Shown piece after piece: positions 40,896 to 50,808 of a stretch of 64,000 bases of DNA. The translations under genes were made by a program, and so were the position numbers. The DNA is taken from NCBI GenBank assembly GCA_965214095.1, contig OZ243938.1, positions 4,928,001 to 4,992,000 of the forward strand, written 5' to 3'. Numbering within the stretch: the stretch's first letter is position 1; every line of letters starts with the position of its first letter. Source of the DNA: Candidatus Poribacteria bacterium. Its GTDB lineage: Bacteria > Poribacteria > WGA-4E > WGA-3G. The notes beneath the pieces are model-generated. The model did not search any database. It worked only from the letters and a program-made list of their open reading frames with translations, and was not told where the DNA came from.

Positions 40896-41285
40896 TTACA
40901 TAAAAGGGTTGTGTGCGACTTCCCAATAAAAGCCATCAGGGTCTTTGAAATAACCGGAATACCCACCCCAAAACACTTTCTGTCCGGGTTTAACAAGCTC
41001 TGCTCCCGCTTCCACAGCTTCTGCTAAGGTCTTGTCTACTTCCTCTGGTGAACCTACATTGTGTGCCAATGTAAATCCTTGAAATCCCGATCCATCATCA
41101 GGGATAGTTATATCTTCAGCCAGTTTGTCTCTTGGATAAAGTCCGAATATTATGCCTTCCAACTGAAAAAATGCGATGCCTTCTGATTCATCCATTCTTG
41201 GAAAACCTAACCCGTCTTGATAAAAGTTAATGGCTCTTTGCAAATCTTCTACACCAAGTGTAACTATTGTAATATGCGGGTTCAT
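40896..41285 (-). CDS. VOC (glyoxalase) family protein
   Basis: ITIVTLGVEDL, FWGGYSGYFKDPDG.WEVAHNP. Confidence 0.9.
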   Translation of the reverse strand: MNPHITIVTLGVEDLQRAINFYQDGLGFPRMDESEGIAFFQLEGIIFGLYPRDKLAEDITIPDDGSGFQGFTLAHNVGSPEEVDKTLAEAVEAGAELVKPGQKVFWGGYSGYFKDPDGFYWEVAHNPFM

Positions 41286-41307
41286 TCATACTCCTTGCGT
41301 GAGATCG

Positions 41308-42477
41308 TTATTGTAATGTCGCACCTTCCGGACGTGGTGCAGTTGGCCGGATAAGTGTGTTTTGGTAGGATTGATATGCAAGTTCTGCCAAATGTGGTGT
41401 TTCAAGTTTTCTATGCTTTTCCGCGCGTGAATGCATGATGGCATCAAGAATTCCAGTTGTTAAGAGTGTGCGTTCTACAGGATATTGTGGAATTCCTGTT
41501 ACGAACATCTCTTCTATATTTAGACTCAGATAACTAAAATGAGCATAAGGCGTTCCGTTCTGTAAGTAAAATTCTGTAGCAAGAATCTCATTACCATGTT
41601 GTGCTGCATAAGCAAAATCTGTTACATATCCGTTTAACATCAACACCGCAGAACAAAAACCGTCACGATGTTCCATCAGAAACACTATAGGACTTGGACA
41701 TCCTTCAATGATAGATGTATTAGGTCTATTCTCAATTTGTGCACAAGCTGCTTCAGCCAAATCAAGTGACCATTCTCCGGATTCTGCTGCGTTCCACACA
41801 TCCTGTCCCTCCAAACACTGAACAGATACAACACCAGATTCACCACCTGTCCGTCGTTCGATCATACACTGTAACGTCTCCAGTGCATGAAAACCGTAGG
41901 ACTCAACACCACCATAACCGATTGCAATAGCAGCATCCAAGGGAGTATCAAGTGGGTGTTCCACAAAGGGTTGCCGCCAACATACAGGTAACGATGATCC
42001 TGCCATGAATGGCACATTGAGTTGAGTTGCCCGTGCGGACATCCAGTCGGCATCATCCCAATTGTAGGAAAGATGTTTATCACAGAAAACGGGTACAGAC
42101 CGACCACTTGATGCAAATACACCACATATCTGCTCAAACATATATCGGCGCGGATACATGTGCTGTTCAAACTCGTTATGCGGATAGTCCCCGTGTTCAC
42201 CGATAAGAAGCACACCATCAACAGCAAGTTCATTTTCACCAAGTGTCAATGCTTGCCGGATACTGGGATAGATCGGTACATTATGTTCTGCCGCTAAATT
42301 AACACCAATGTCGCGAGAATCAATCTGGTCCAGATAAATGGATACCAAATCCACACGCGGTTCAAGAAATCCTTTATCAGTAGGATAACCCTTCATGTAT
42401 TTTGTAGCAATTACGTCTGCATGAGAGTTTGGAAAATAGGTTGTGATTATTGCTGCGATTTTCTTTCGTTGTTCCAT
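41308..42477 (-). CDS. Conserved hypothetical protein, distantly oxidoreductase-like
   Basis: Long ORF in operon with argB; GVLLIGEHGDYP, DKHLS, YGFHALE motifs recalled from uncharacterised Planctomycete-type proteins. Confidence 0.65.
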   Translation of the reverse strand: MEQRKKIAAIITTYFPNSHADVIATKYMKGYPTDKGFLEPRVDLVSIYLDQIDSRDIGVNLAAEHNVPIYPSIRQALTLGENELAVDGVLLIGEHGDYPHNEFEQHMYPRRYMFEQICGVFASSGRSVPVFCDKHLSYNWDDADWMSARATQLNVPFMAGSSLPVCWRQPFVEHPLDTPLDAAIAIGYGGVESYGFHALETLQCMIERRTGGESGVVSVQCLEGQDVWNAAESGEWSLDLAEAACAQIENRPNTSIIEGCPSPIVFLMEHRDGFCSAVLMLNGYVTDFAYAAQHGNEILATEFYLQNGTPYAHFSYLSLNIEEMFVTGIPQYPVERTLLTTGILDAIMHSRAEKHRKLETPHLAELAYQSYQNTLIRPTAPRPEGATLQ

Positions 42478-42492
42478 AAATGTAGTTGTCCA

Positions 42493-43371
42493 TTACCTGA
42501 TTATTTCTGTGCCGATACCACCTTCAGTGAGCACCTCAAGGAGAAGTGAATGCGGTATCCTGCCATCTATTACATGTGTTTTTGCTACACCACCGAGGAG
42601 TGCTCTCTCACATGCCTCAATTTTTGGAATCATACCGCCTGTAATGATACCGTCATTTATATAAGCTTCTATTTCTCGCATTTGAATCGTTGATATGAGT
42701 GAAGTGATGTCCTCAACATTTTCACAGATGCCAATCATATCTGTTAATAGTATAAGTTTTTCAGCTTGAAGTGCAGAAGCGATTTCTCCTGCCATTGTAT
42801 CCGCGTTGATATTATAGGTTTGTCCATCAACGCCTGTTCCATTTGGGGCAATAACTGGAATATACCCTGCCTCATCAAGTGTAATAATTGGCTGCGTATT
42901 AACACCTATGACATTACCGACAAAACCGATGTCTATTTCAGTTTCCTTTCCATCTTCATCTATGAAGGTAGGCTTATGTTTCTCTGCGACAATCATATTG
43001 GCATCTTTCCCACAAATTCCTATCGCCTGTCCACCGTGTTGATTGATTTTTGCAACGATACCTTTGTTAATTGAACCCGCAAGCACCATCTCTGCAATTT
43101 CAACAGTTTCGGCATCGGTAACGCGTAAACCTTGAATAAATTCAGTTTCTTTTCCCGCTTTATCCATCCATGCGCTGATTTTTGGGCCACCGCCATGCAC
43201 AACAATCGGACGCATACCAACATATTTCATCAGGACGATGTCTGCCATCACTGAATCTATAAGAGTATCCTCTTCCATCGCAGCACCACCATATTTTATA
43301 ACAATTCGTCGATTGTGAAACCGACGGATATATGGTAACGCTTCAATAAGCACGTCTGCAGTTCTGATCAT
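42493..43371 (-). CDS. argB: Acetylglutamate kinase
   Basis: EALPYI, IKYGG, VHGGGP, GLRVTD, NINAD, GGMIPK. Confidence 0.96.
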   Translation of the reverse strand: MIRTADVLIEALPYIRRFHNRRIVIKYGGAAMEEDTLIDSVMADIVLMKYVGMRPIVVHGGGPKISAWMDKAGKETEFIQGLRVTDAETVEIAEMVLAGSINKGIVAKINQHGGQAIGICGKDANMIVAEKHKPTFIDEDGKETEIDIGFVGNVIGVNTQPIITLDEAGYIPVIAPNGTGVDGQTYNINADTMAGEIASALQAEKLILLTDMIGICENVEDITSLISTIQMREIEAYINDGIITGGMIPKIEACERALLGGVAKTHVIDGRIPHSLLLEVLTEGGIGTEIIR

Positions 43372-43479
43372 ATTTCTGTGTATCCTTTCGGTGGTATTTC
43401 TTGATGTTATTATACGAATTAATGCTTGACATGGCAAGTGAATTGTTGCACAATTCTGAATACTAAATTATCAATTTAT

Positions 43480-44598
43480 ATGAGTGAGTTTATGTTAGAA
43501 AATACTGACGAAGTTGCACAAGTTGCACTATTTAAGGGTGTTGGTCTACCTTTTGAGTTCAGTGAAGCACCTATTTCAACTTCAGAAAACACAGTCTTGG
43601 TAAGGGTGTTATTATCCACAATTTGCGGTTCTGATCTTCATACTGTATCTGGAAGACGTAGTGCAGAAGTGCCATGTGTGCTTGGACATGAAGCCATTGG
43701 AACTGTCGCCGCGCATACAGATGTCTGTTCTACTGATGGAAAACCACTACAGATTGGAGACAGAATTGTCTGGAGCCTCACAACTTCATGTGGTGAATGC
43801 CATTACTGCGAAAACAAAAGTCTTCCACAGAAATGTAGCACAATGTTCAAATATGGTCATGCTCAGGGAGTGGGGGAAAATGTTCTAACAGGGGGTTTCG
43901 CAACGCACATGAAGCTACGGAAAGGAACCACTATTTATCATATTCCAGATTCAATAACCGATGCAGAAGCAGTACCGATAAATTGTGCACTGTCAACTGT
44001 CGTAAACGGTTTACAACAAATAGGAACTCGCTCTGGTGAAACTGCTGTTATCCACGGTGCTGGTATGTTAGGTCTCTATGCTGCATGTTTTCTACGAGAG
44101 GCAGGCTACAAAATAGTCGCAATTGTAGACAAGAATGAAACCCGTTTACAGATTGCCAAACAGTTTGGGGCAACACACATCTTTAACGCTGATACAACAT
44201 CTACTGAGGAAATTGATGGTATCCTGAAAGGTATAACGCAAGGTCATGGCATAGACCTCGGTGTTGAGGTCAGTGGTGCACCGTCCGCTATTCCGAATCT
44301 GACTGAGTGGTTAACGATTGGTGGTAGATGTGTGACATTAGGATATGTATATCCATTGGATCATGTGCCTCTGAATTTACACCAACTGGTTACAAAATGT
44401 ATCAGTCTCCAAGGTGTTCACAACTATCATCCTCATGTGCTGAAATCTGCCTTAAGTTTCGTAGAAAACAGTCGGATACGTTATCCGTTTGCAGAATTGA
44501 TTGGTGCAACATATCCTTTATCAAAAATTGATAATGCCTTTGAGGCATCATTTAGACAAGATACAATTCGTGTTGCAGTTGACTCACAGACGGATTAA
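43480..44598 (+). CDS. Zinc-binding alcohol dehydrogenase, phosphonate-catabolism-associated type
   Basis: ICGSDLHT.SGRR, GHE, CGECHYC...PQKC, KYGH, NCALSTV, GAGMLG, GVHNY; TTGACA-N17-CACAAT at 43426-43454. Confidence 0.8.
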   Translation: MSEFMLENTDEVAQVALFKGVGLPFEFSEAPISTSENTVLVRVLLSTICGSDLHTVSGRRSAEVPCVLGHEAIGTVAAHTDVCSTDGKPLQIGDRIVWSLTTSCGECHYCENKSLPQKCSTMFKYGHAQGVGENVLTGGFATHMKLRKGTTIYHIPDSITDAEAVPINCALSTVVNGLQQIGTRSGETAVIHGAGMLGLYAACFLREAGYKIVAIVDKNETRLQIAKQFGATHIFNADTTSTEEIDGILKGITQGHGIDLGVEVSGAPSAIPNLTEWLTIGGRCVTLGYVYPLDHVPLNLHQLVTKCISLQGVHNYHPHVLKSALSFVENSRIRYPFAELIGATYPLSKIDNAFEASFRQDTIRVAVDSQTD

Positions 44599-44727
44599 TC
44601 TTTATGATATTAATTTGGTATTATACAATTTCTAATGATGATTTTTCTTTTTCAATTGGAATGTAAGAGGCGCAATGAATTGCGCGACTACTAACCAGTT
44701 ATTTCTTTAATGGTATGTTCTTAAATA

Positions 44728-45181
44728 CTATAGTTTGGATAATTTCTCTTGGTTACATACTGATATTGTTGGCATTTGCAATATATTGTGAGTTTGGGAT
44801 AGGATAATACTTTGATGAAAAAGTGTGAATACGTCAAAATGAGCAGCCCCAGCGGGGCGACAGGTGTATAGAAAAATGTGCACCATAGGCGTCAATTTAG
44901 TGTAAATTAGGCGTTTTCCCCAGGACGGTAGGTTCGGTTTCCTAACCGAACCGGATCCTACGCGAGAACCTCTATGAAGGTATTTAGCACAAAGCCGGTT
45001 CGGTTAGGAAACCGAACCTACCGGTCCTTGGAAGGACGCTAAATTGACGCCTATGGTGTATAGAAAAATGTGCCCCGACCAATGCAAGCCCCAGCGGGGC
45101 GACAGGTGTATCATTATGATGACTGTGATGCTCCTTGTCCAGAGCACTGTTCAAGTCCTCAAAAAACTGTCCAAACTATAG
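44728..45181. mobile_element. MITE with 18-bp TIR and 7-bp target duplication TTAAATA
   Basis: TIR CTATAGTTTGGATAATTT / AAACTGTCCAAACTATAG; TTAAATA at 44721-44727 and 45182-45188. Confidence 0.8.
44883..45056. mobile_element. Inner MITE with perfect 18-bp TIR, a REP doublet and 17-bp flanking direct repeats
   Basis: CCATAGGCGTCAATTTAG...CTAAATTGACGCCTATGG; TGTATAGAAAAATGTGC on both flanks. Confidence 0.8.
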
Positions 45182-45278
45182 TTAAATAGATATGGTAGAT
45201 GAATAACATTTGTGCTATAATCTTGCACCAGTTGGTATAATTCTAATCAACAAACAATCTGACGGAAGTGCAACTAAT

Positions 45279-45403
45279 GTTCTGTCTACACTAATCTTGT
45301 AGGTCGGGTAGAGGCACGAAACCCGACAGGCATCCATTATCATCAATAAAGGCCGGTGTCGTGCCTCTATCCGACCTACAATGTCCAAATGGACACTCCA
45401 CTA
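45279..45403 (-). repeat. REP-doublet element (34570 family) abutting the phnA start
   Basis: Reverse complement of the 34720-34840 segment. Confidence 0.8.
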
Positions 45404-45406
45404 AAT

Positions 45407-46516
45407 GTGAAAAAACGGAAAATCTTAATCCTCTGTATTGACGCTGGAAGCCAGGATTACTTGGCAGCAAGCGACATCCCGAATATCCGAAAATTAGCAG
45501 ATGAAGGATTCTATCAGGACGCAAACGCTGTGATTCCATCAGTGACCAATGTCAATAATGTGAGTATTGCGACAGGCACATTTCCTGAGAAACACGGCAT
45601 TACATCAAATTATTATGTTGATAGAAAAACAGGAAAAGGTGAATTTATTGAGGATAACCGTTTCTTGTTGACTCCAACACTATTTGAGGTTTCTAAAAAG
45701 ACTAAATTTGCTGATAAAACTGCGTTATTCGTGACAAAGCAGAAGTTGTTGAGAATGTTAGAAGGTGGCACTGATATTGCTGTTGCGGCTGAAGCACCAC
45801 CTCCTGAATATATTGATGCAATCGGTCCTGCCGAACCGATTTATTCTATTGAAATCAACTGGTGGTTGTTACGGGCAGTTCATTACACTTTACGCAAATA
45901 CGATCCACAAGTTGTGTATTGTTCAACAACGGATTGGGTGCAGCACAAGTTTCCACCTGAAGCAGAGATGTCACAGAAACACATGGCTGAACTCGACCGC
46001 ATTATCGGTGAGATAGTTGATGATGACCCAGAACGCGAGATATACATCACGGCTGATCATGGTATGTTGGACAAATCGGTCGCACTTGATCCTGGACGGA
46101 TACTAACACAAGAAGGGATCCCAGCAGACGCTATTCCGATTATTAAGGATAGATATGTCGCACATCATGGCAATTTAGGCGGGGCAGCATACATATTTCT
46201 TAAAGACAGTAAAAGCATTGATTCCGCTGTTCAGATACTAAAAAAGACCTCTGGTATTGAGGAGGTGTATACTGCTGAAGACGCAGCACGTATATTTCAC
46301 CTTCATCCTGATAGGATTGGTGACGTTTTTGTATTGGCAGACAAAGATACAGTTTTTGGTGAATTGGAGGTGACTTCAGAACCGATTTCAGTTCGTTCAC
46401 ACGGTTCGCGTCACGAAAGTTATGTGCCGATAATAGGCTATAACAGTCCTTGGTCGGCATCAGATTTTGAATATAACCTTGATGTAGGTAGGCTTTTTTT
46501 AGAAAGTCTGCATTAA
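45407..46516 (+). CDS. phnA: Phosphonoacetate hydrolase (alkaline phosphatase superfamily); start uncertain (GTG 45407 or ATG 45389)
   Basis: CID, IPSVTNVNNVSIATG, STTDWVQHK, TADHGM, RSHG. Confidence 0.8.
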   Translation: MKKRKILILCIDAGSQDYLAASDIPNIRKLADEGFYQDANAVIPSVTNVNNVSIATGTFPEKHGITSNYYVDRKTGKGEFIEDNRFLLTPTLFEVSKKTKFADKTALFVTKQKLLRMLEGGTDIAVAAEAPPPEYIDAIGPAEPIYSIEINWWLLRAVHYTLRKYDPQVVYCSTTDWVQHKFPPEAEMSQKHMAELDRIIGEIVDDDPEREIYITADHGMLDKSVALDPGRILTQEGIPADAIPIIKDRYVAHHGNLGGAAYIFLKDSKSIDSAVQILKKTSGIEEVYTAEDAARIFHLHPDRIGDVFVLADKDTVFGELEVTSEPISVRSHGSRHESYVPIIGYNSPWSASDFEYNLDVGRLFLESLH

Positions 46517-46548
46517 TACTAATTATACTTTCAAAAAGGAATACAAAT

Positions 46549-47151
46549 ATGGCAGCAGAACAGACAAATGGATGGATATCTCTCTTTGATGGTGAAACAC
46601 TAAACGGTTGGGGTGCCACTGGTAAAGAAGAAGGATGGGCTGTGGATGACGGTGCTATTCTCTGCACTGTTAAAGGCGGTAATATGCTCTATTCAGAAGA
46701 GCAATTTGACAACTTCGTCTTGTCATTGGAATATATGAGTGAACCGACTGTGAATAGTGGTATTTTTATACGTTGGGCAGATTTGCAACGTCCAGTGCAA
46801 ACAGGACTTGAGATTCAGATTTTAGACACACACGGCAAAGAACCTGCTACGAAACACTGCTGTGGTTCACTTTATGATGCTTTGGAACCGACACGGAACG
46901 TATGCAAACCTGCAGGTGAATGGAATGAAATGATTATCACTTGTGATGGAAGCCTCGTCATTGTTGAAATGAACGGTGAAGAAATTGTCCGTGCAGATTT
47001 AGATGAGTGGGATACACCGCATGAGAATCCTGATGGTAGCAGGAACAAATTCGGTATCGCTCTCAAAGATTTTCCGCGTAAAGGACATATCGGTCTTCAA
47101 GATCATGGTGGAAAACTCTGGTTTCGAAATATAAAGGTTAAACTGTTGTAG
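46549..47151 (+). CDS. DUF1080 (3-keto-disaccharide hydrolase family) protein
   Basis: LFDGETLNGW, NSGIF, EIQILD, GSLYD, GHIGLQDHG, FRNIK. Confidence 0.9.
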   Translation: MAAEQTNGWISLFDGETLNGWGATGKEEGWAVDDGAILCTVKGGNMLYSEEQFDNFVLSLEYMSEPTVNSGIFIRWADLQRPVQTGLEIQILDTHGKEPATKHCCGSLYDALEPTRNVCKPAGEWNEMIITCDGSLVIVEMNGEEIVRADLDEWDTPHENPDGSRNKFGIALKDFPRKGHIGLQDHGGKLWFRNIKVKLL

Positions 47152-47191
47152 ATGGAAGGTTGAGGTGCGTTTTCTCGTGCCTCTATCGTGT

Positions 47192-47332
47192 TATAGTGAA
47201 TTATAAATATAAGTTGTCACTTTCGACCCACGGTCGGCAAGGTTTCCTAACCTCGCCGATTCGTCCCACGGTAGGCGAGGTTTCCTAACCTCGCCGATGC
47301 AGAGTGTTCAACTAATTTCAAAATCCACTATA
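47192..47332 (+). mobile_element. TATAGTG...CACTATA MITE carrying a duplicated GTAG-REP
   Basis: Near-identical to 61356-61458, with one extra REP arm. Confidence 0.75.
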
Positions 47333-47396
47333 ATAACGAGATTAAGGCATCATTTTTATGGAAAATTGACATGAAATGTAGTATACTATTTATATC

Positions 47397-49202
47397 ATGT
47401 CAACATTACTTCACAACATTCGCAATTTCTGTATTTTAGGACACATAGACCACGGCAAAAGCACATTAAGTGATCGTCTCTTAGAGCAAACAAATACGCT
47501 TGCTGAAAGAGAGATGCGGGAACAAGTGCTGGATTTAATGGATTTGGAACGGGAACGCGGTATCACTATAAAAGCTACCGCAGTCAAACTCCATTATCGT
47601 GCTGAGGATGAAAATGTCTATGAACTCAATTTGATTGATACGCCAGGACATGTAGATTTTACTTATGAGGTGTCCCGAAGTCTTGCGGCGTGTGAAGGTG
47701 CTATCCTTATTGTTGATGCAGCACAAGGCGTTGAAGCACAAACGTTGGCAAACGCCTATCTTGCTGTAGAAAATGAACTGGAAATTATCCCTGTAATTAA
47801 CAAAATTGACCTCCCCGCTGCCCAACCTGATGAAGTCAGAAGACAGATTGAGGAGGTCGTTGGTATACCGGCGGAGGATGCCCTCCTTGTCAGTGCGAAA
47901 GCCGGCACCGGCATCCCCGCTATTTTAGAGGCAGTTGTCAAGCGAATACCCGCACCTATTGGGAACTCTGCAGCCCCATTAAAAGCACTTGTGCTGGATT
48001 CCATTTACAATAACTATCGTGGTGTGATTATTTACACTCGCATCTTTGATGGTAGCATTGCACCGGGTGATAAGATTCAACTCATGCAGACTAAACAGTC
48101 TTATGAAGTTGAGGAAGTTGGCATTTTTACGCCACAAATGCAACCCGCTTCCGAACTCAATACAGGTGCAGTCGGATATCTTATTGCGGGTATTCGTGAC
48201 ATTGACAATGCTAAAATTGGCGATACTATAACGCATCATCTGCATCCTACCGAAGTACCACTTCCAGGCTATCAAGAAATAAAACCGCTTGTATTTAGTG
48301 GTCTGTATCCTGCAGATACAAACCAATTTCAGGCACTCAGAGAAGCACTGGAAAAGTTACGGCTCAACGATTCCTCTTTCACCTTTGAACCAGAAACCTC
48401 TGTTGCGCTTGGATTCGGGTTTCGATGCGGATTCTTAGGTCTACTCCACATGGAAATCATCCATGAACGGCTTGAACGAGAATTTGAACTCTCGCTTGTT
48501 CGTACTGCCCCCAGTGTGATGTATCGGGTTTTTCTCAAATCTGGTGATGATGTGTTAGTGGACAATCCCGCACATCTGCCAGAAACACAGGACATTGAAC
48601 GAATTGAAGAACCGTATGTCAGTATTGATATAATCGTTCCACGGGAATATATCGGAAATGCAATGGAACTTTGTCAAAAACGACGGGGTATATATAAGCG
48701 GATGAACCAATTGGATGTGAGCAGAGTACAACTCCTCTATGATTTGCCACTCAGTGAAATGCTTGTTGATTTTTTCCCGAAGTTAAAATCACTCACTCGC
48801 GGATATGCTTCACTTGAATACGATATCGGTGAATATAGAACAGAGAAACTGGTAAAGTTAGATGTTCTTTTAATGGGAAAACCTGTTGATGCGCTCTCAA
48901 CTATTTTACCACGTGAAATGGCTGAAAACCGTGGAAAGAATTTAGTATCTAAACTGAAAGAGTTGATACCCAGACAAATGTTTGAAATACCGATCCAAGC
49001 TGCGATCGGGACTAAGATTGTAGCACGCGAGTCGGTCAGACCGCTTCGTAAAAATGTAACCGCAAAATGCTACGGTGGTGATATTACAAGAAAACGAAAA
49101 TTGTTAGAAAGACAAAAGGAAGGTAAAAAACGCCTCAAACAGATCGGGAATGTTGATGTGCCACAAGAAGCATTCACAGCAATGCTTGCTACAGATGATT
49201 AA
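47397..49202 (+). CDS. lepA: Elongation factor 4
   Basis: [51 protein letters not shown]. Confidence 0.98.
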   Translation: MSTLLHNIRNFCILGHIDHGKSTLSDRLLEQTNTLAEREMREQVLDLMDLERERGITIKATAVKLHYRAEDENVYELNLIDTPGHVDFTYEVSRSLAACEGAILIVDAAQGVEAQTLANAYLAVENELEIIPVINKIDLPAAQPDEVRRQIEEVVGIPAEDALLVSAKAGTGIPAILEAVVKRIPAPIGNSAAPLKALVLDSIYNNYRGVIIYTRIFDGSIAPGDKIQLMQTKQSYEVEEVGIFTPQMQPASELNTGAVGYLIAGIRDIDNAKIGDTITHHLHPTEVPLPGYQEIKPLVFSGLYPADTNQFQALREALEKLRLNDSSFTFEPETSVALGFGFRCGFLGLLHMEIIHERLEREFELSLVRTAPSVMYRVFLKSGDDVLVDNPAHLPETQDIERIEEPYVSIDIIVPREYIGNAMELCQKRRGIYKRMNQLDVSRVQLLYDLPLSEMLVDFFPKLKSLTRGYASLEYDIGEYRTEKLVKLDVLLMGKPVDALSTILPREMAENRGKNLVSKLKELIPRQMFEIPIQAAIGTKIVARESVRPLRKNVTAKCYGGDITRKRKLLERQKEGKKRLKQIGNVDVPQEAFTAMLATDD

Positions 49203-49250
49203 CATACACATATCAGATATACGGACAAATCCATTTTTCACGAGGACAAC

Positions 49251-50651
49251 ATGAAGTATATCAATATATTATGCCTAATATCGCTCCTTCTATTCAGTTC
49301 ATTTACTTTCGCAGCTACAATCAATGTGCCAGCCGATCAACCGACAATTCAAGCAGGGATTGATATATCTCAAAATGGTGACACTGTTTTGGTAGATGAT
49401 GGCATCTACAAAGGCAAAGGAAATGTTAACATTGATTTCAAAGGAAGAATGATAACCGTAAAGTCTCGCAATGGTGCTGATGCAACGATAATTGATTGTG
49501 AGAAAATTCTTGAGACCAGAGGTTTTACCTTCCATAATGATGAAACGATTGATTCGGTGTTAGATGGCTTTACAATTAAAAATGGGGTCCATATATTTGG
49601 TGGTGGTATCTATCTTAGTTATGCTTCCCCAACAATTAAAAACTGTGTAATTGATAGCAACGAAGCGCGTAGGAACGGAAGTTGGACTGGTCTTGGTGGA
49701 GGCATATATATTTTTAATGCAGATCCGATTATAACCGACTGCACAATTATCCGAAATGAAGCAAGAAATACTTCTGGTGGCGGAATATGCATACATGGTG
49801 AATGGTTTAGGGATGGGGTTGTTTTGAGAGAAACTGATGCAACACCCACAATAGAAAATTGCTCTATTACTGATAATACCGGTAGTGGGATTTATGCTAT
49901 GTTGAGTGTTAACCCTATTATAAGTAATTGTACGGTATCGAAAAATAGCGGACAAGGTATTTTTTTTAATATCGAGGCACGCACCAGGAATCCTATCACA
50001 AATTGCCGAATAGAGCAAAACCGTGGTGGTGGTTTAGAAGTACGTGAATATTCTGTTATGGAAATTCAAAATTCTATCATAGTGGGAAATACAGCAGAAT
50101 ATGGTGGAGGGATTTTTTGTAGTCTAACTTCAGTATTAGCGGTCACGGACTGTGTAATTGCACGAAACACAGCAACCAAGAATGGCGGTGGTATTGAGGT
50201 GACATCGAAATGGGGCGGAACAGTGGTCAAGTATTGCACAATTACACAAAACACTGCCCACGAAAAAGGTGGTGGGATATATGCTAAGATGTTTCTTAGT
50301 GGTTTTGACCTAACCAATTCAATTGTTTGGGGGAATAAGTCTGAAGGGACACACGCGGAGGTATTCGCTGCAGGTAGGCAGGTAGTTATTAGGTTTAGTG
50401 ATATTAGGGATGGACTTGATGGTATAGATTACGAACCTGATGGTGAGAAGTTTACTGATGGTGAGGATTTTATCTATGAAAACAACATAGATGAGGATCC
50501 GATGTTCGTTGATGCAGACTCAGGTGATTATCGTCTTAAGCCTGGTAGTCCGGCTGAAGCGATGGGAGTACAAACGTTTCATGTCGGTCCAACTGCTGTC
50601 TCACAACATGGAAAACGTTTGGTAAGATGGGCAGATTTAAAACGAAGATAA
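49251..50651 (+). CDS. Secreted right-handed parallel beta-helix protein
   Basis: Signal peptide, VPADQPTIQAGID, repeated I..N.A..GGGI units, DP.FV; tail WADLKRR. Confidence 0.85.
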   Translation: MKYINILCLISLLLFSSFTFAATINVPADQPTIQAGIDISQNGDTVLVDDGIYKGKGNVNIDFKGRMITVKSRNGADATIIDCEKILETRGFTFHNDETIDSVLDGFTIKNGVHIFGGGIYLSYASPTIKNCVIDSNEARRNGSWTGLGGGIYIFNADPIITDCTIIRNEARNTSGGGICIHGEWFRDGVVLRETDATPTIENCSITDNTGSGIYAMLSVNPIISNCTVSKNSGQGIFFNIEARTRNPITNCRIEQNRGGGLEVREYSVMEIQNSIIVGNTAEYGGGIFCSLTSVLAVTDCVIARNTATKNGGGIEVTSKWGGTVVKYCTITQNTAHEKGGGIYAKMFLSGFDLTNSIVWGNKSEGTHAEVFAAGRQVVIRFSDIRDGLDGIDYEPDGEKFTDGEDFIYENNIDEDPMFVDADSGDYRLKPGSPAEAMGVQTFHVGPTAVSQHGKRLVRWADLKRR

Positions 50652-50808
50652 CATTCGGAACTTTTGTTGAATAAATAGCCGTATTATCTCAACAAATCTT
50701 ATGGTGGAACTCAGGTTATTGGAACGGTGTTTATTAGGTTAGACACAGTCCACTTCAGAATTTTAGTAACAATAGCAATAGAATATACTCAACCATAGGA
50801 GAAAAAAC

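Larger units (their letters stand above)
44622..45197 (-). mobile_element. Outer MITE-like element (38279 family) interrupted by nested elements
   Basis: Matches the reverse complement of 38279-38415 on both sides of the insertion. Confidence 0.55.
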
